64,000 bases of DNA from the human T2T-CHM13v2.0 reference genome, Homo sapiens. The notes beneath the pieces were generated by a model. The model ran no database searches. It was not told the origin of the DNA and saw only the letters and a program-made list of their open reading frames with translations. A program made the position numbers and the translations under genes. Positions 27,363 to 40,217 of this stretch are shown here, piece by piece. Numbering within the stretch: position 1 is the stretch's first letter; each line of letters begins with the position of its first letter. The stretch lies in NCBI RefSeq assembly GCF_009914755.1, contig NC_060932.1; one strand, given 5' to 3'.

Positions 27363-28219
27363 CTGATGGATAGACATAATTATTGCTATGATTTTTTCTC
27401 TAGTATGGAAGATAAATTCCACTAGAGTAACAATATCAAGAAAATTCTTCAAGTCTTAATTCAGAAGGAGGTGTGAAAACAAATCAGAGATACACTGATT
27501 ATGAATCTGTAAAATAATAAAGCAATGTGAGCCTTTTCCACAATATTCTGAAATAATTAGGATTCTCAGTACAGACCTTTCCTGGAGAAAATCGTTCTAA
27601 AAGTAAGGATATCAAAGAGAGAAATGTGGTTGTTAGAAGATATTAAGGGACATATATAAAGGAACAAACCTTTGTAAAAATTAGGCTGATAGCCGTTGAA
27701 GAGTACAAAATAGGAGGATTCAGCAAATAGAGGAGCCTGAACCAATAGAGGCAGTAAAATAAATTTACTTTTAATCACCTTTGACTGGTGTATGCTGAAA
27801 ACCTACTTTGGGACCATTTTTTGGGCTTTCTTGGTAGCAAAAACATAAGCCATTCAGCTCTTTATCTCTTTGCCAAACGCATAAAATATTGTTCACTGTT
27901 CTAACATACCCCAATGAATATTCAAAACAAAAGATTGGGCTAAAAGGAAGCTATATATACAGAAAACCCCCTATTTATGCTATCACAATTTTGCATTTTC
28001 TCATTTTCTGAGCCATGAAGTTGTCTATGTTGCTAATGTACAGATTTTCTGCCATTTGCTATCATTTCTCAGAAACTGTTAAAACATAATCCCATGTTTG
28101 CTGTGAAATTAGCCTTGAAAAGAAAGCTGCTGAAGAGTACATAGCACCTTCTTCAGTAGTACACACCTCCCCAATTCCTACCGCCTTCTTATACAAATAG
28201 AAAAATATTATACGCATCT

Positions 28220-28890
28220 AGTCAGTGAACAAACGGATATTATTAAACACTCACTCTGTGCCAAGCACTGTGCTCTCTACTGAGATACAAAGATGCTTGA
28301 GATGATATACAAGCACACCTCCTCAGAAGGTTATTGAAGGGTAACGAGCAAAAAGGTCTGCTCTGCCTTATGTTGTAAAAGGCTCACTAGCTGCTGTGTA
28401 GAAACAGACTGGGAGGCACAGGGGAGGTAGGCCAGGAAAAGGGGCAACAATGAGAACAGAGATTCCTATCAGGAGGCTATTGTGATAGTTCAGAGTTAGG
28501 ACAGTGGCTTAGGCTAGAGCGTGATCAGTGAAGTGTTAGAGCAGTAGTCAGATTTGAAATATATTTTAGAGGTGGGATCCATATTAGAAAGGAGTCAAAG
28601 ATGGTAATGGGAATTTTGGGGCTGTCTGAGGATGAATGGTAATGCCATTGACAGATGGGGAACTTTAAGGAAGAGACAAGTTAGGGAAGGATTAGTAAAT
28701 TAGTTAAAAAAAAAAAAAGCTAGTAACGGACACATTAAGTTTGAGATGTCTATTAGATATCCAAGTGGAGACGCTAGGTAGTTGGGAGAGAAGGTGGAGC
28801 TGGGAATTAGCTTTCAATATCATCAGCACATAGTATTTAAAGCCATGATACAGGATGAGATTTTCAAGGTAGTAATTTGCACATAGGAGA
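28220..28890 (-). mobile_element. L2 LINE
   Basis: 'tattaaacactcactctgtgccaagcactgtgct' and 'ggacacattaagtttgagatgtctattagatatccaagtggaga'. Confidence 0.75.
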
Positions 28891-30019
28891 GAAGATGCAG
28901 TGGCAGAGTATCTCATTTCCCTATGGAAGTGGGGCTCATGCCCAACATTCTCAGCTTCACACTGGAGTTCTGTGACTTTGGCCACAAGTTTCTTCCTGAA
29001 ATTCATAAAAGATCCCTATTCTTTTTGTTGTTACTGTTTATTTTTTTCTAGGAATCTTGGGCCATAGAAACAACTGTTTTTTTGCACAATGCTGCCAGCA
29101 CCATGCTAGTCTCAGTGTATGGGCTGTGCTGCCCCTCCTCTCACTGGCCTTCTCTGGGCAGGTGCACACATCCCTTTCTTCATTTTCTGAACCTAAGGCA
29201 CTGTTAACACAGAGATGTTGTGTAAAGAGTATTGACTGAAACAGGTACCCATCATAGGACTGGGTTAAGAGGAAGCTATATATACAGAAAACTCCCTATT
29301 TTTGCTATTGCAATTTTGCATCTTCTCAAAATTATGTTACAGAGAAGATAAACTTAAAAATCAGTAATCAATATTGTGGCTTCCAAAGTACAGAAACTCA
29401 TCTGAGCCATGTGAAGATCCTTCCTCTTTCCTGAGCTAGGGTAACAGACATGGTTCTCTGTTGACTACTCTCTGGTCCAGTCTCCATTCCTTAGACATTT
29501 TTCTCCTGTTTCCAGCTCCCTCCACCTGTCCCTTCTCCACTCTGGAGAAGGCTACTTAAAAAATTATCAGAGTTTAGCTATACTTTTTCTTAACTTCCCC
29601 ATTCCACACAGAATTCTTGTCCTTATCCTGGTATATTCAAAATTTCCAGTAAAATATTTTCCTCAACAAAAGAGCAGTCTTATTCTTAAGATAAAATCTG
29701 CCAGCCCCTAAAGTGTGACAAATACTGCAGTGTTTAAAAAATGGTGTCTTCCAGTTTTCTTTTGTCTAGTTACATTCATATTACATATGAATTGTATATC
29801 ATGCTTCTAAGTGGGTTCCTAAACTTATACCTGTTCATGTTTAGATCTGGTTCTTGAAAAAGTTCTACAAGTTGTTGAGGATATGTCAAGCTTAGAAAAA
29901 ATGTACTATTTAAATTTATAATAAGACGATTATTGTACACAGCAGAAAGGAACGTATAAGTATTATTTCCAATTTATTATTATATTTTTTAATTTATATT
30001 TTCTTCCCATCACTATTAG

Positions 30020-30396
30020 TGATATTGTGGCTCTGTGTTCCCACCCAAATCTCATGTCAAATTTTAATTCCCAGTTGTGGGAGGCACCTGGTGGAAGGTG
30101 ACTGGATCATAGGGGTGGATTTCCCCCTTGCTATTCTCATGATAGTGAGTACTCATGAGATCTGATTGTTTAAAAGTGTGTAGCACCTCCCCCTTCACTC
30201 TCTCTCTCTCCTGCCACCACACAAAGACCGTGCCTGCTTTCCCTTCACCCTCTGCCATGAATGTAAGTTTCCTGAGGCCTCCCCAGCCATGCCTCCTGTA
30301 CAGCCTGTGGTACTGTGAGTCGATTACACCTCTTTTCTTCATAAATTACCCAGTCTCAGGTAGCTCTTTATAGCAGTGTGAAAAAGGACTAATACA
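30020..30396 (+). mobile_element. MaLR solo LTR, THE1D/MSTA-like
   Basis: Complete TG...CA element ('tgatattgtggctctgtg' to 'ggactaataca'). 5-bp TSD ATTAG/ATTAT. Confidence 0.92.
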
Positions 30397-30489
30397 ATTA
30401 TTTCCTCTTTTTCACTGCAAATGTGAAGTTGAAAAGATGGACTGAGTTATAAAAACAAGAAATTGCTATGAAGGCAGCAATGGAACTTT

Positions 30490-30695
30490 GAAAATAGCCC
30501 AGCTTTGGGATTTCAGCAGATCTATATCTAATCAGAGCTCCTCTAGTTCCCATGTAGCCCTGAGATGCTCATCCAACTGGCCCTCAGTTCCTCATCTGCA
30601 AAATAGCAACCATTACTTGGAGAGTTGGCCTGAGCACAAAGAAAATATGTACAAATATCTGCTACATAATAAACCCCAAATTCTAATTATTATCT
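30490..30695 (+). mobile_element. MIR SINE
   Basis: 'cctcagttcctcatctgcaaaatag' core. Confidence 0.55.
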
Positions 30696-30834
30696 GAGAT
30701 TTTTACTCTTCTCTTTTCCGGGTGGGAGGCGCCTACAGAAGATGGTCTAGCCACTGAGCTAGCTGAGTAGAGCCACAGACCTTTTATATGAACCCTGCCC
30801 TTGGAAAATGCAGGAAAATGTTCCCTGGGTTGCC

Positions 30835-31360
30835 CATCTCACTTGTCAGCTATTATGCATGACTCCCATCTGCCACGTCAAAGTCACAGGGCTCCTGCTC
30901 TTGGCAGTGAGCCCTGTGCTGTCAGCCATCGCTGACAGGTGAGAGCCACTGGCCCAAGATCAGAAAGATTGCTTGCATAGCGAAAGGACACACCTCACCT
31001 GTCAGCTGTCACAGACACTCTTTTTACATTACTCCACTCCAGGAAAGGTGATATCTCGTTCAGGGGTTTAACAGTCCAGAGTTATGAAGTACAAATGAAG
31101 TGACGGCTGTGCATTTATTAGATCACGTGTAGTGTTTCTTAGAACTGGTTTGCTTTCCATGGGTACCTTTAGAAATGGCTTCTAACACAACAATTTAGAG
31201 TCACACCTGAAGGCTGTGAGGCTGAGGGTCCAGCTGAAAAGGTGAGATCTGTTGCTAAAAAGATCCCAAATTCATCAGCAGACTCCACCTGTCAGGTGAC
31301 AGGCAAGGCTCAGGGTACGGCTGCCGTGGTAACATGGGGAGCACCACCTGTCAGCTAGGC
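30835..31360. promoter_or_regulatory. Candidate enhancer: cluster of CACCTGTCAG (TALE TGACAG overlapping E-box CAGGTG) sites
   Basis: Four perfect 10-mers (30932 on minus strand; 30996, 31286, 31345), a one-mismatch copy at 30840, extra TGACAG sites and T-box TCACACCT at 31201, in apparently non-repetitive, GC-richer DNA. Function is inferred. Confidence 0.45.
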
Positions 31361-31611
31361 TCCCAGCCAGTCTTTCTGAGCTTAAACATGAAGTACTGAG
31401 CTGCAGAAAATCAGTGGTCTTCCCCGAGCATCCAATTGTAACAGAGCATGTTCCAAAAAACAGTAAATCATGTTAAAGAACCACAACTCGGGCCATCATC
31501 GCCCATAAGAGTAAGCAGCATCTTAAATCTACTGAGATTACAGATGTTAAGAAACACAGTTGCATCTCTTTAGGACTAAGATGAAGTTCTGGACTGAGGC
31601 ATCTTTACCTA

Positions 31612-31680
31612 AACACACAAACACACACATACACACACACACATGTGCCTGCACACACATACGCAAGCACATACAAACAC
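31612..31680. repeat. Imperfect (CA)n microsatellite
   Basis: Direct inspection. Confidence 0.8.
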
Positions 31681-31912
31681 AACTTATTTCTTTTTCTTTT
31701 TTTATTTTGGGTCAAAAAATCTACCTTCACAGAAAAGATGTTTCAAATACCAACACTTAAAATGATAAATCTTTCATTTCTAACCTAAAATTAGGAATAA
31801 AAATGAAATTATAAAATATTAGAGGAATACAGTCAGAAAAACAAGAAAAGAAGAAACCATAGTAGCAACTTAAAAATACACAATTTTGCTTATAATAGTA
31901 ATTCATCCAACG

Positions 31913-32130
31913 CTTATCTTGTTTTTTTTTTTCTGACTCCTCCTAAGATTTCTTAAAGTCTATCTTCATTAGCGGTTTTTAGCAATTTGACTTTGACGAG
32001 TGATGGTCTAATTTTCTTCATTCTTTATGTTTAGGGTTTGTTGAGCTTCTTAGATCTGTGGGTTTATAATTTTTTTTTATCAAATTTGGAGATTTTTGGC
32101 TACCATTTCTTGAACTCTAGACTTCATAAC
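31913..32130 (-). mobile_element. L1M fragment, probably a local duplicate of 33801-34040
   Basis: 'ttgagcttcttagatctgtgggtttata...tcaaatttggaga' aligns with the downstream L1M. Confidence 0.65.
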
Positions 32131-33169
32131 TTACAGGACTGTAAGTATCTGCCTTCCCCAATCACTTCCAGAGCTACCTGCATCCTAGCCTTCTATCACG
32201 TACACGTTTACTCACTGCTGCCTCCCGCTGCCCCAGGGATTGGACCTCCACCAGTGCTTGCTATTTGTCTAGCTCACTACAGTCTCTCCAGTGTGCAGCT
32301 CAGTGCCTGGCACAGGTAGTCATTCAATACGCTTATGGAATAACTGAATATTTACACCCTTTCATTGAAAGTCAGTTTTCCTTTGGCACCAGAGTATCTA
32401 AAACCTGAAATGTAGAACTCTTCTCAGTCAAGAACACTAACTGCCTGCACTTTAGTCTCATTAGTAAACCCTGTCTTGTGTTGGCTGCCATCCAGTTCCC
32501 ATCAAAAAGGCAGTTAAGATATTAATATTTGAAAAAACAAGTATCTATGCAATGTTTCCTAACTTGAATTATGCTATAGACTGTCAAAATTTAAAAATTT
32601 TTAAATAATAGACACAACAATTTAGGGAATAAGAAGTGAAGCAACCAATCTACTGAAGATGGGGTTAAGAGGAGAAACGACCATTAAGTAACAAGAGTTT
32701 CCTTGCTAGAGTTGGGTTTGAGGTTGGAAAATAGGTTGCAGTCAGCGCTTATGAACTCTAAGACAGCCTGGGTTCTAGATAAGTTGTGAAATGTATCATG
32801 ACATTTTTCATTACTAGTAAGAAATAACTGAAATTTATGAATACATGATTCTTAGTATAAAGATTGGAGGTCAATATTGTCACTCTCACATATATTTTTT
32901 AATTCTTTCATGTCTGACAAAGAAAGACAGGACATTTCAGCAATGTGCCCCATAATCATTTCTTCCCCAAAGAAGACACGTCACACTTATCAAAGGCATT
33001 GTTCATGTGCACTGTGGCAGAAAGTGTCAAAGGAGTCCTGGTCTAAGAAAATATTTTCTATTTTATTCTCTGAGCCATATGCTATTCTTAGATTAGGACA
33101 TCAGAAGGAAATGATATACATTATATTCATTTTCCTTGGTGAAATCTTTTTGCTTTCATATGATGTAAT

Positions 33170-35170
33170 AAAAATATTGTCTTTAATGTTACATTAAATT
33201 TTATATTATTTTTATGATTCCATTATATCTTATTTTTGGGATTATTAGCTATAACTCTGTTTCATTGTTTTAGTGGTTTCATTAGGGTTAGGGCTTATAA
33301 GTATAGTTCTTTACCTTATCAATCTATTTTCAAGTAATGCTATTAATACTCCACGAATAGCCCAAGAGCTTTATAATAGTATATTTCCATTTCTTCCTTC
33401 CTTTGTCCTATTGTCATTATATATTTTATTTCTACATGTACTGTAATGCTTATACTACACTGTTTTTATTTTTGTTTTGTCAATTTTTAAAAACAAACTT
33501 AAATAATAAGAATACTATTCTATAAATTAACCCAATGTATTAACCATTTCTTGTGCCCTTCATTCCTTTGTGTAGATTCTTATTTTCTTTGGATATCATT
33601 TTCCTTCTGCCTGAATGACTTCCTTGAACATTTCTCACAGTATGAGTTTGTTGCTGATGCAGCCCTGCAGCATTTGTATGTCTGAAAGTCTTTATTTCAC
33701 CTTCATTTTGGAAGACATTTTCACTAGGTAAAGAATTTTAGGTTGACAGGTTTTTAGTTTTTGTGTTTTCTAATACATTAAAGATGTTGCTCAAATGTCT
33801 TCTTACTTGCATTGTTTCTTTTTTCTCTGAATCCTTTTAAGATTTCTTTAAGATCATCTTCATTAATGGTTTTAAGCACCTTGACTTTTATATGCTATGG
33901 TCTAATTTTCCTTGTTTTTCATGTATGGGGTTTGTGGAGCTTCTTAGATTTGTGGGTTATAATTTTTACCAATTTTGGAGATTTTTAGTCATCATTTCTT
34001 GAACTCCTTTTTTGGATGCTCCCCTTAGGAACTTCATAATAATATATTTATTATTAGGCCATTTGAAGTTGTCCCAAAGTTTCCTAGTGCTATGATCATG
34101 TACCTTAGGGTTTTCTTTTTCATGTGTGTGTATGTTGTGTTTTGAATAGTTTTTATTGCTATGTCTTCAAATTCACCAATATTTTTCTCATTAATATCTA
34201 ATCTACTGTTAATCTCATTGTGTATTTTTTAATTTCACACATTATCATTTTAATATCTAGAAGGCGGCTTTGAGTCTCTTTTATATCTTTCATGTCTCTA
34301 CTTAACATGATCAATCTTATCTCTAGCTTTTTGAAAACACAGAGTACTGACGTAAGTTTTAATGTCTTTTTCTGCTAACTCTAATGATCTGTCAAGTGTG
34401 GGTCAATTTTGATTGATTTTTCCTGCTTCTTTGCGTGCCTAGTAATTTTTGATTGAATACTGTGCTAGATAATTTTGTAATTGCATAAATATTCTTAAGT
34501 TTTATTCTGGGACATGTGAAGCTACTCAGAAATAGTATGATTATTTTGGGACTTGCTTTTAAGATTCGTTAACTGGGACTATCATAATTTTTAGTCTAGT
34601 CTGCTAATACAAAACCATCAACTAAATGACCTGCAAGTTATTAGTTTTTTCTACTCTGGCTGCTAGGAATAAGCACTATTCCCTATCCTGCGTGATTTCT
34701 CTGCACTGTTCTCAATAATACTTTCAAGTGGTTCTATTGCCAATTATGGGTAGTTTCCTTCCACAGATGAAGCAGTCATAACTCAGCTGAATACCTGGAG
34801 GGGGATCTCTTTGAAAATCTCTGGAGTTCTCTCTGTGAAGCCCTCTTTTCTTTGGCACTCTGTCCTGAAAATCCTAGCAGCCTTGGTCTCCCTGGAATCT
34901 CAGTTCTGTCTCCTCAACCGAGGGAGCCCGTGGGTTTTCATCTGGGTTTCATTTCCTTGTGCTGAGGCCTAGAAGTTCTCTCAAGGCAATAAGCTGATGC
35001 AGTCTAGGGTTCAGTTCACTGTTTTGCATAACCTATGAAATGCTATTCTTTGCTGCCTGATAACAAATGTCTTAAAACCATTGCTTCATATATTTTGGGT
35101 TTTTTTGGTAGTTTGAGTTAGTATGGTTAATGTGATTTTTGTTATTACCCCATCATGGTCAGAAGCATAA
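33170..35170 (-). mobile_element. Old L1M (L1MC/L1ME-type) 5'UTR/ORF1 region
   Basis: 'ttgtatgtctgaaagtctttatttcaccttcattttggaagacattttcactagg', ending with the 5'-end motif 'ttaccccatcatggtcagaagc'. Confidence 0.75.
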
Positions 35171-35769
35171 ATCTGACTAATCTGAATACATTCATTATCT
35201 AAACAATAATAATATTTAAATAAAATTTTCTTCCTTCCAGAAAAAGAAATTAAATTATCTAAATTATAATAATCTAGGTACATTAATTTTAGGCGTCAGT
35301 TGCTTGATTTGTGCCTCAAGATATTTATTTTTTCTTGTGGAGGTAAAATGCACTTTTCTAGCTTTCTGAAAAATTGAAGTGCTTGTTGGATCTACATAAA
35401 ATGACACTACCTCCCTCTGGAAAGCCACTACTTACTTGAGGAAGGGCTTGTGGAATCTGTTTCTGTAGCTAGGATGTGAAGGTTTAAAAGAAGTTAAGTC
35501 ACTGGGTGTCTGGTATTGGGAATAAATGGCTTGGTACTACAGTGCTTTTATGTTATTGGAAGTTTCCCTGAGAAAGAACTGTAGAGTGAGTTGCAATATA
35601 TGTGGAAACTTAGGCTTAATAAAACTCTTTATGATTATTAATTGTTTTAACATTTTACACTTTTGTTCAATTCCCTGGTAATTCTTTTGGCAAGCACTTA
35701 TTTAATTATTCATGACTCAGATTAAATGAAGGTTTTTAAAAATTATTTTCTCACAACTCTTCTAGACAG

Positions 35770-35980
35770 ATGTCAATCCTATCTCTTTCTGTTACTTTCA
35801 CAGCATTTTGTAAATAGCACCCCATTAGCACTCACAGAGCTGTGTGGTACTTATTTGTCATGTCTCTTTCTTCCAATAAACTATGTACTTGCACATGACA
35901 GGGCCCTTTTGTTCATATTTATATTGATACCTCTCATCTGCCCTTACTATACAGGTGATAACTATTTGTTAAACTGAATA
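35770..35980 (+). mobile_element. L2 3' end
   Basis: 'tatttgtcatgtctctttcttccaataaactatgtacttgcacatgacaggg...tatttgttaaactgaat'. Confidence 0.55.
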
Positions 35981-37159
35981 ACATATAAAAGACATTCAGG
36001 GATCGGGATAAGAAAATAATAATGATAGGAACTAAGGATAGCTAATTAAAGAGTGGTGGAAAGTAAAGCTGGATTAGTAGGGCAGGATCTGAATAAGAAG
36101 GATGAGGAAAGTTAGTGTAAGAGCAGATGACTTAAACAAGGAGAAATAGCTAACAACTGAAGATTCTTGAATAAGAAAGACCTTGAAAAAATGTAGAGTG
36201 TTTTACCTACCAAAAAAGCACAAATTTGATTACCTTAAAAATTTCTCATAATCATAACATCAATATTCTAAAAAATACCTGAAGCAAAGTCCAAAAGAAG
36301 CAAATATTTTAGACTATCCTCCCTTGCACCATCTCTCTCTCATATATCTTAAGGATATTTTCTAAGTTCTGTGAAGCTGTTCTTTAAAAAACACTAATAT
36401 AAATTTTCAGCATTTGCTCTGAACACTGAAATTCTTTCAGAAACACTCAACAGTTTAGCACCACCATATAGATTTTACAAGAAACTTTTTCTTCATATTA
36501 GGTTTCTGGTAAACAATGTGAAATCTTTTAAAATAGTATCTGGCTGCCAGAGGAGTGAGAGAATTTAATAATAAACAGAGAGTGAACAGCTTAAAATGTC
36601 TAAATCAGAATATGGAGATAGCAAGATTAGTATGTAAAGTATCAGGTGACCCCAGTTTTAAAAAAATTTCAAAAACACTGCTGACTTATTGGAGGTATGG
36701 TAGAGTTATGACCCCTCCAAAATAATGGCATAACTATGTTGTGGAAAAATTATTATAAAATGAAGTTTAAATCTAATATACAAAACTCAAATTCAGCACA
36801 ATCCAAAGCCAAAAGGACGCCATTCATTGGAAGTACATCCTGCAAATGATGCAATGCTTTATTCCTAAGTCACTCCTTAGAGCCTCTCACTTCAGCTCTA
36901 GACCATCCATTCCTACTTCCTCTTAGAATATCTCACTGGGATCCCACTCATACTTTATATCAGACACGCTTAATATATAACTCAAATCACTCCTTCCTTT
37001 CTTTTTTTCCCTCTCTTCCCTCCAACTTATATGTTTTGCCATGCTATTATGTGCTAAGGACATGGAGATAAAGACACATACCTCTTTGTTCAAGGAGAGG
37101 GAAGATAGGCATGTAAACAAAGTAAATTTCATGTGATAAGTTTGATAAAAATGCCAATG

Positions 37160-38030
37160 TGAGCATTATTCTCCATTCATCTCCCCTTCTTCCTAGACTC
37201 CTTTCTGTTTTTTTACCACACAGGCAGGCACTGCTGAGGACACTATCTCTCAGACTCCCTTGTCACCTGAACTTCCATTAGTTTCTGCCAAAGAGAGGCT
37301 GCTCATGATGAAGGACAGGTAAACCCCGAAAATGGGGCTTAGCCCAGGAGGGTTCTTGACTGCACCCAGAAAAGAATTCAAGGGTGAGATAGTGGTGAAA
37401 GAAAGCAACTTTATTGAAGCAGCAGTGTACAGCAGCTGCAGAGGTACAGCTCCTTGTGGAGCAGGGCTAAGTGTGTCCAAAGTAGCAGCATATGGGCTGT
37501 TGGCTAGCTGTATTTATATCCACATTTAATTATATGCAAATTAAAGGGCTTTCCAGAATTAGTGTCATTTTATGTAGATCCAATCAGCACTTCAATTTTT
37601 CAGAAAGCTAGAAAAGTGCATTTTACTCCCACAAGAAAAAATAAATAGCTTGAAGCACAGTTGACACTTCAAATTAATGTATCTAGATTATTGAAATTTA
37701 GATAATGTAATTCTTTTATTTAGAAGGAAGAAAATTTATTTAGAACTTTCTAGAAAAAGAGCAGGGAGTTGCTGATCTCTTACCTCACTCAGGTGTTTGT
37801 CTCTGGCAGTGGCTGAGTTCCACCAGGACAGAAACTCTCTTCCTCCACAGCTCTGGCTCTCACTGGCCCTAGAAACACTCCTTTCTTCTCTTGCTCCTTC
37901 ATCCCTAGGGTTTGTGATGGCTTATTAACATTTTTAGTCTCTGGAAGTATCAACAACCTTGGTTTGTGCTTTTGTAAGTAGTTTCTTTATTTGAACCATA
38001 TGGGGTGTTTTCTCCAAGCTCCTTCCTGAT
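37160..38030 (+). mobile_element. LTR33-like ERVL LTR, split by a younger LTR
   Basis: 'ctcagactcccttgtcacctgaacttccattagtttctgccaa' ... 'ttgctccttcatccctagggtttgtgatggctt' ... 'cctgatata'. Confidence 0.5.
37306..37770 (-). mobile_element. Truncated ERV1 LTR (MER66-like) carrying a ~196 bp foreign insertion
   Basis: 'tgaaggacaggtaaacccc...cccaggagggttcttg...aagaattcaaggg...aactttattgaagcagcagtgtacagc' with antisense AATAAA and TATA. LTR-like sequence resumes as 'gaactttctagaaaaag' after the insert. Confidence 0.6.
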
Positions 38031-38629
38031 ATAAAACATTGTAGGAGCTTAAGAGAAGGTTGTTAACTCCATCTGGGGAAGTTAGAGAAGGAGTATATTT
38101 TTGCATTGATACTTAAAAGATAAATAATTACTTTCCAGACATGCTGGCAGGAGGAGACAATTACAGATAGAAGAGACAGTTTCTACAAAGGAGAAAAGTA
38201 TGAGACAACATGCTATGATCACGGCATTATTTATAAATAACTAACTATTTCTGAGTATGAAGTATAAGGCACAGGTCATCAAGAGTCAAATGCTTGAAGT
38301 TAATTTAGCTGATGTTCTCTAAATTGACTATTTTAGACAATTTATCAAATCTTGTAAAAGTTTCTTATTTTTAAAAATTATGATAACAAAAACTACCATT
38401 TGTCAGCAATTATGTATCACAAACTGTTTTACTTTTTTGTTGCACAACTGCTGTGTCATATGCTGACGTGGACAAGTGCAGGGTGGAGAATGGGAACAAC
38501 TCTCAAAGAAATACCTAAGCATAATATTTCAAATGGAGTGTCCATGTATCTGCTATAAACAATGGCAAAGACAGTTCAGTCTTTAAAGCAAAAATATTAA
38601 ATAGTAAAGCAAAACAGGAGACTTTAAAT

Positions 38630-40150
38630 ACTAGACTTAGAACTCATCTGATGACTTGCATCCTCTTTATCAAGTCCATGCCATGTGGGTATTCCCAGGA
38701 TATATGTAAACTCGGGAGCAGGGAATAAAAAACATCTTGGAGCTCCTTTATCCTATCTTTGAACAATTCTGACAATAGGACAATCGTTCTTTAAGATGAG
38801 CTGAAAAATAGCTCCTCATTCTGTCCATTAGAACAGCATTGCAAAAATTCATTCTGTACTATTCTAACACTACACACGCTCCCTGGGAAAAGATTTCTAA
38901 GAAATATAAAAAGCACTGCAGAGTATTTACTTCATTTAAAAATTGCATAAGTAAATCTATTAAATGATATTTAATACAAAGTTTTCCAAAAATACTTGAC
39001 TACTGAGTATTTCTTTATTGTTACATTATTGCATAATTTAGTAACATCTGGGAACTAGTTGTTTTTGCCTAGATCCTCTAGAAAGCAAAGCCTGGGGCAA
39101 GAGTGAAAGTGGAGATACTCCATGTAGGTGATTACAAGCCCAGGATGGAGGTGGTGAAAGGGGAAATGGAGTGGGCATAAGTACAACGTGCTGACTGCCA
39201 CTTCCCAATGAACCAGGAAACACAGAAGAATGCTCCACAGCGTCTCCCCCAAAAATGTGACTGTTCATACAAGGTACAAAGGAAGGGGAATTTATCTGTC
39301 ATGCTTCCACACACCTTCTTTTGCTATTGGTCAAGGACTACCCCAGGCAACCACTAACCCCTCTCTATCTTCAGGTTGCAGTAGCTGTCTCTCAATGGTC
39401 ACTCAGGGAGCCAAATTCCAAGTTGCCTATTTGAATCCTAAAGTGGAGGGGGTGAATTCTCAAGTGTAGGCCCAGCCTGTGGGGTATAAGGGCCATTCAG
39501 GCCCCAGGCTTCAACCCAGACTCCAGCCAGCTCATGTAGCTTGGCTTGTGCTGTGTAGCTGAACGGCATCTTCAAGGGGACATGAAGTTGAATAGTTGAG
39601 TGAATCCAAGAAGCCACACGACACTGCCTTAGAGGCATGCAGGATTTGAATTCTCCTTTCACAGTCATTCTGTAAATATTACTAGGTTGATGATATCTCT
39701 GAAGATTTGTAAAGTTAACATCCTCAGTTTCTTAGACTGAATCCCCTTGTCTTCCTGTCCTTTGGTTGTTCTTCTATTTATTTGTAGTCTATTTTAAAAA
39801 GATACTCGGACCTCAAACCATGGCCTAGGTGTCTGAGTGGATTTGTCCATATTCTAGATAAGAAAGTACTTCTGTTCATACTGCCAGAGATGACATTGCT
39901 TTCTAATGGCAGATCCATCACACTCTGCCTTGATAAACCTCTGAACTGTTTCTTTTCTTACACTGCTACCTACCCATCCTAGAGTTGGAGAGTCGAGATT
40001 TTTATTATCTAAGAGTAGTACTGGAAACTTATCTTTTTAAAATGTGCTATAGTTATTTTGAGTCCGTTGCTTCAATCATCTGGTTTAGCCTAGTATCTTA
40101 AATAGATATCCTTTCAGATTCAGGTTGCTTTTACATTCGCAAAATATGCT
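38630..40150 (-). mobile_element. L3/CR1 LINE fragments, interrupted by LTR16
   Basis: 'gacattgctttctaatggcagatccatcacact' and 'cccatcctagagttg...gatttttattatctaag' resemble antisense L3 ORF2. Confidence 0.45.
39040..39560 (-). mobile_element. LTR16-family ERVL LTR
   Basis: 'cctctagaaagcaaagcctggggcaaga' and 'gggaatttatctgtc...ctattggtcaaggactacccc'. Confidence 0.55.
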
Positions 40151-40217
40151 ATCCAGCTCTTCATTTCCCATTACACTACCTGAAATCTCCCTTTAGGCTT
40201 GCACTAATCACCTAGTC

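Noticed and set aside
27933-29328. Novel LTR element bounded by the 71-bp direct repeats
   Set aside because: There are no TG...CA ends, primer-binding site or TSD, and the interior is ordinary L2 and unique sequence.
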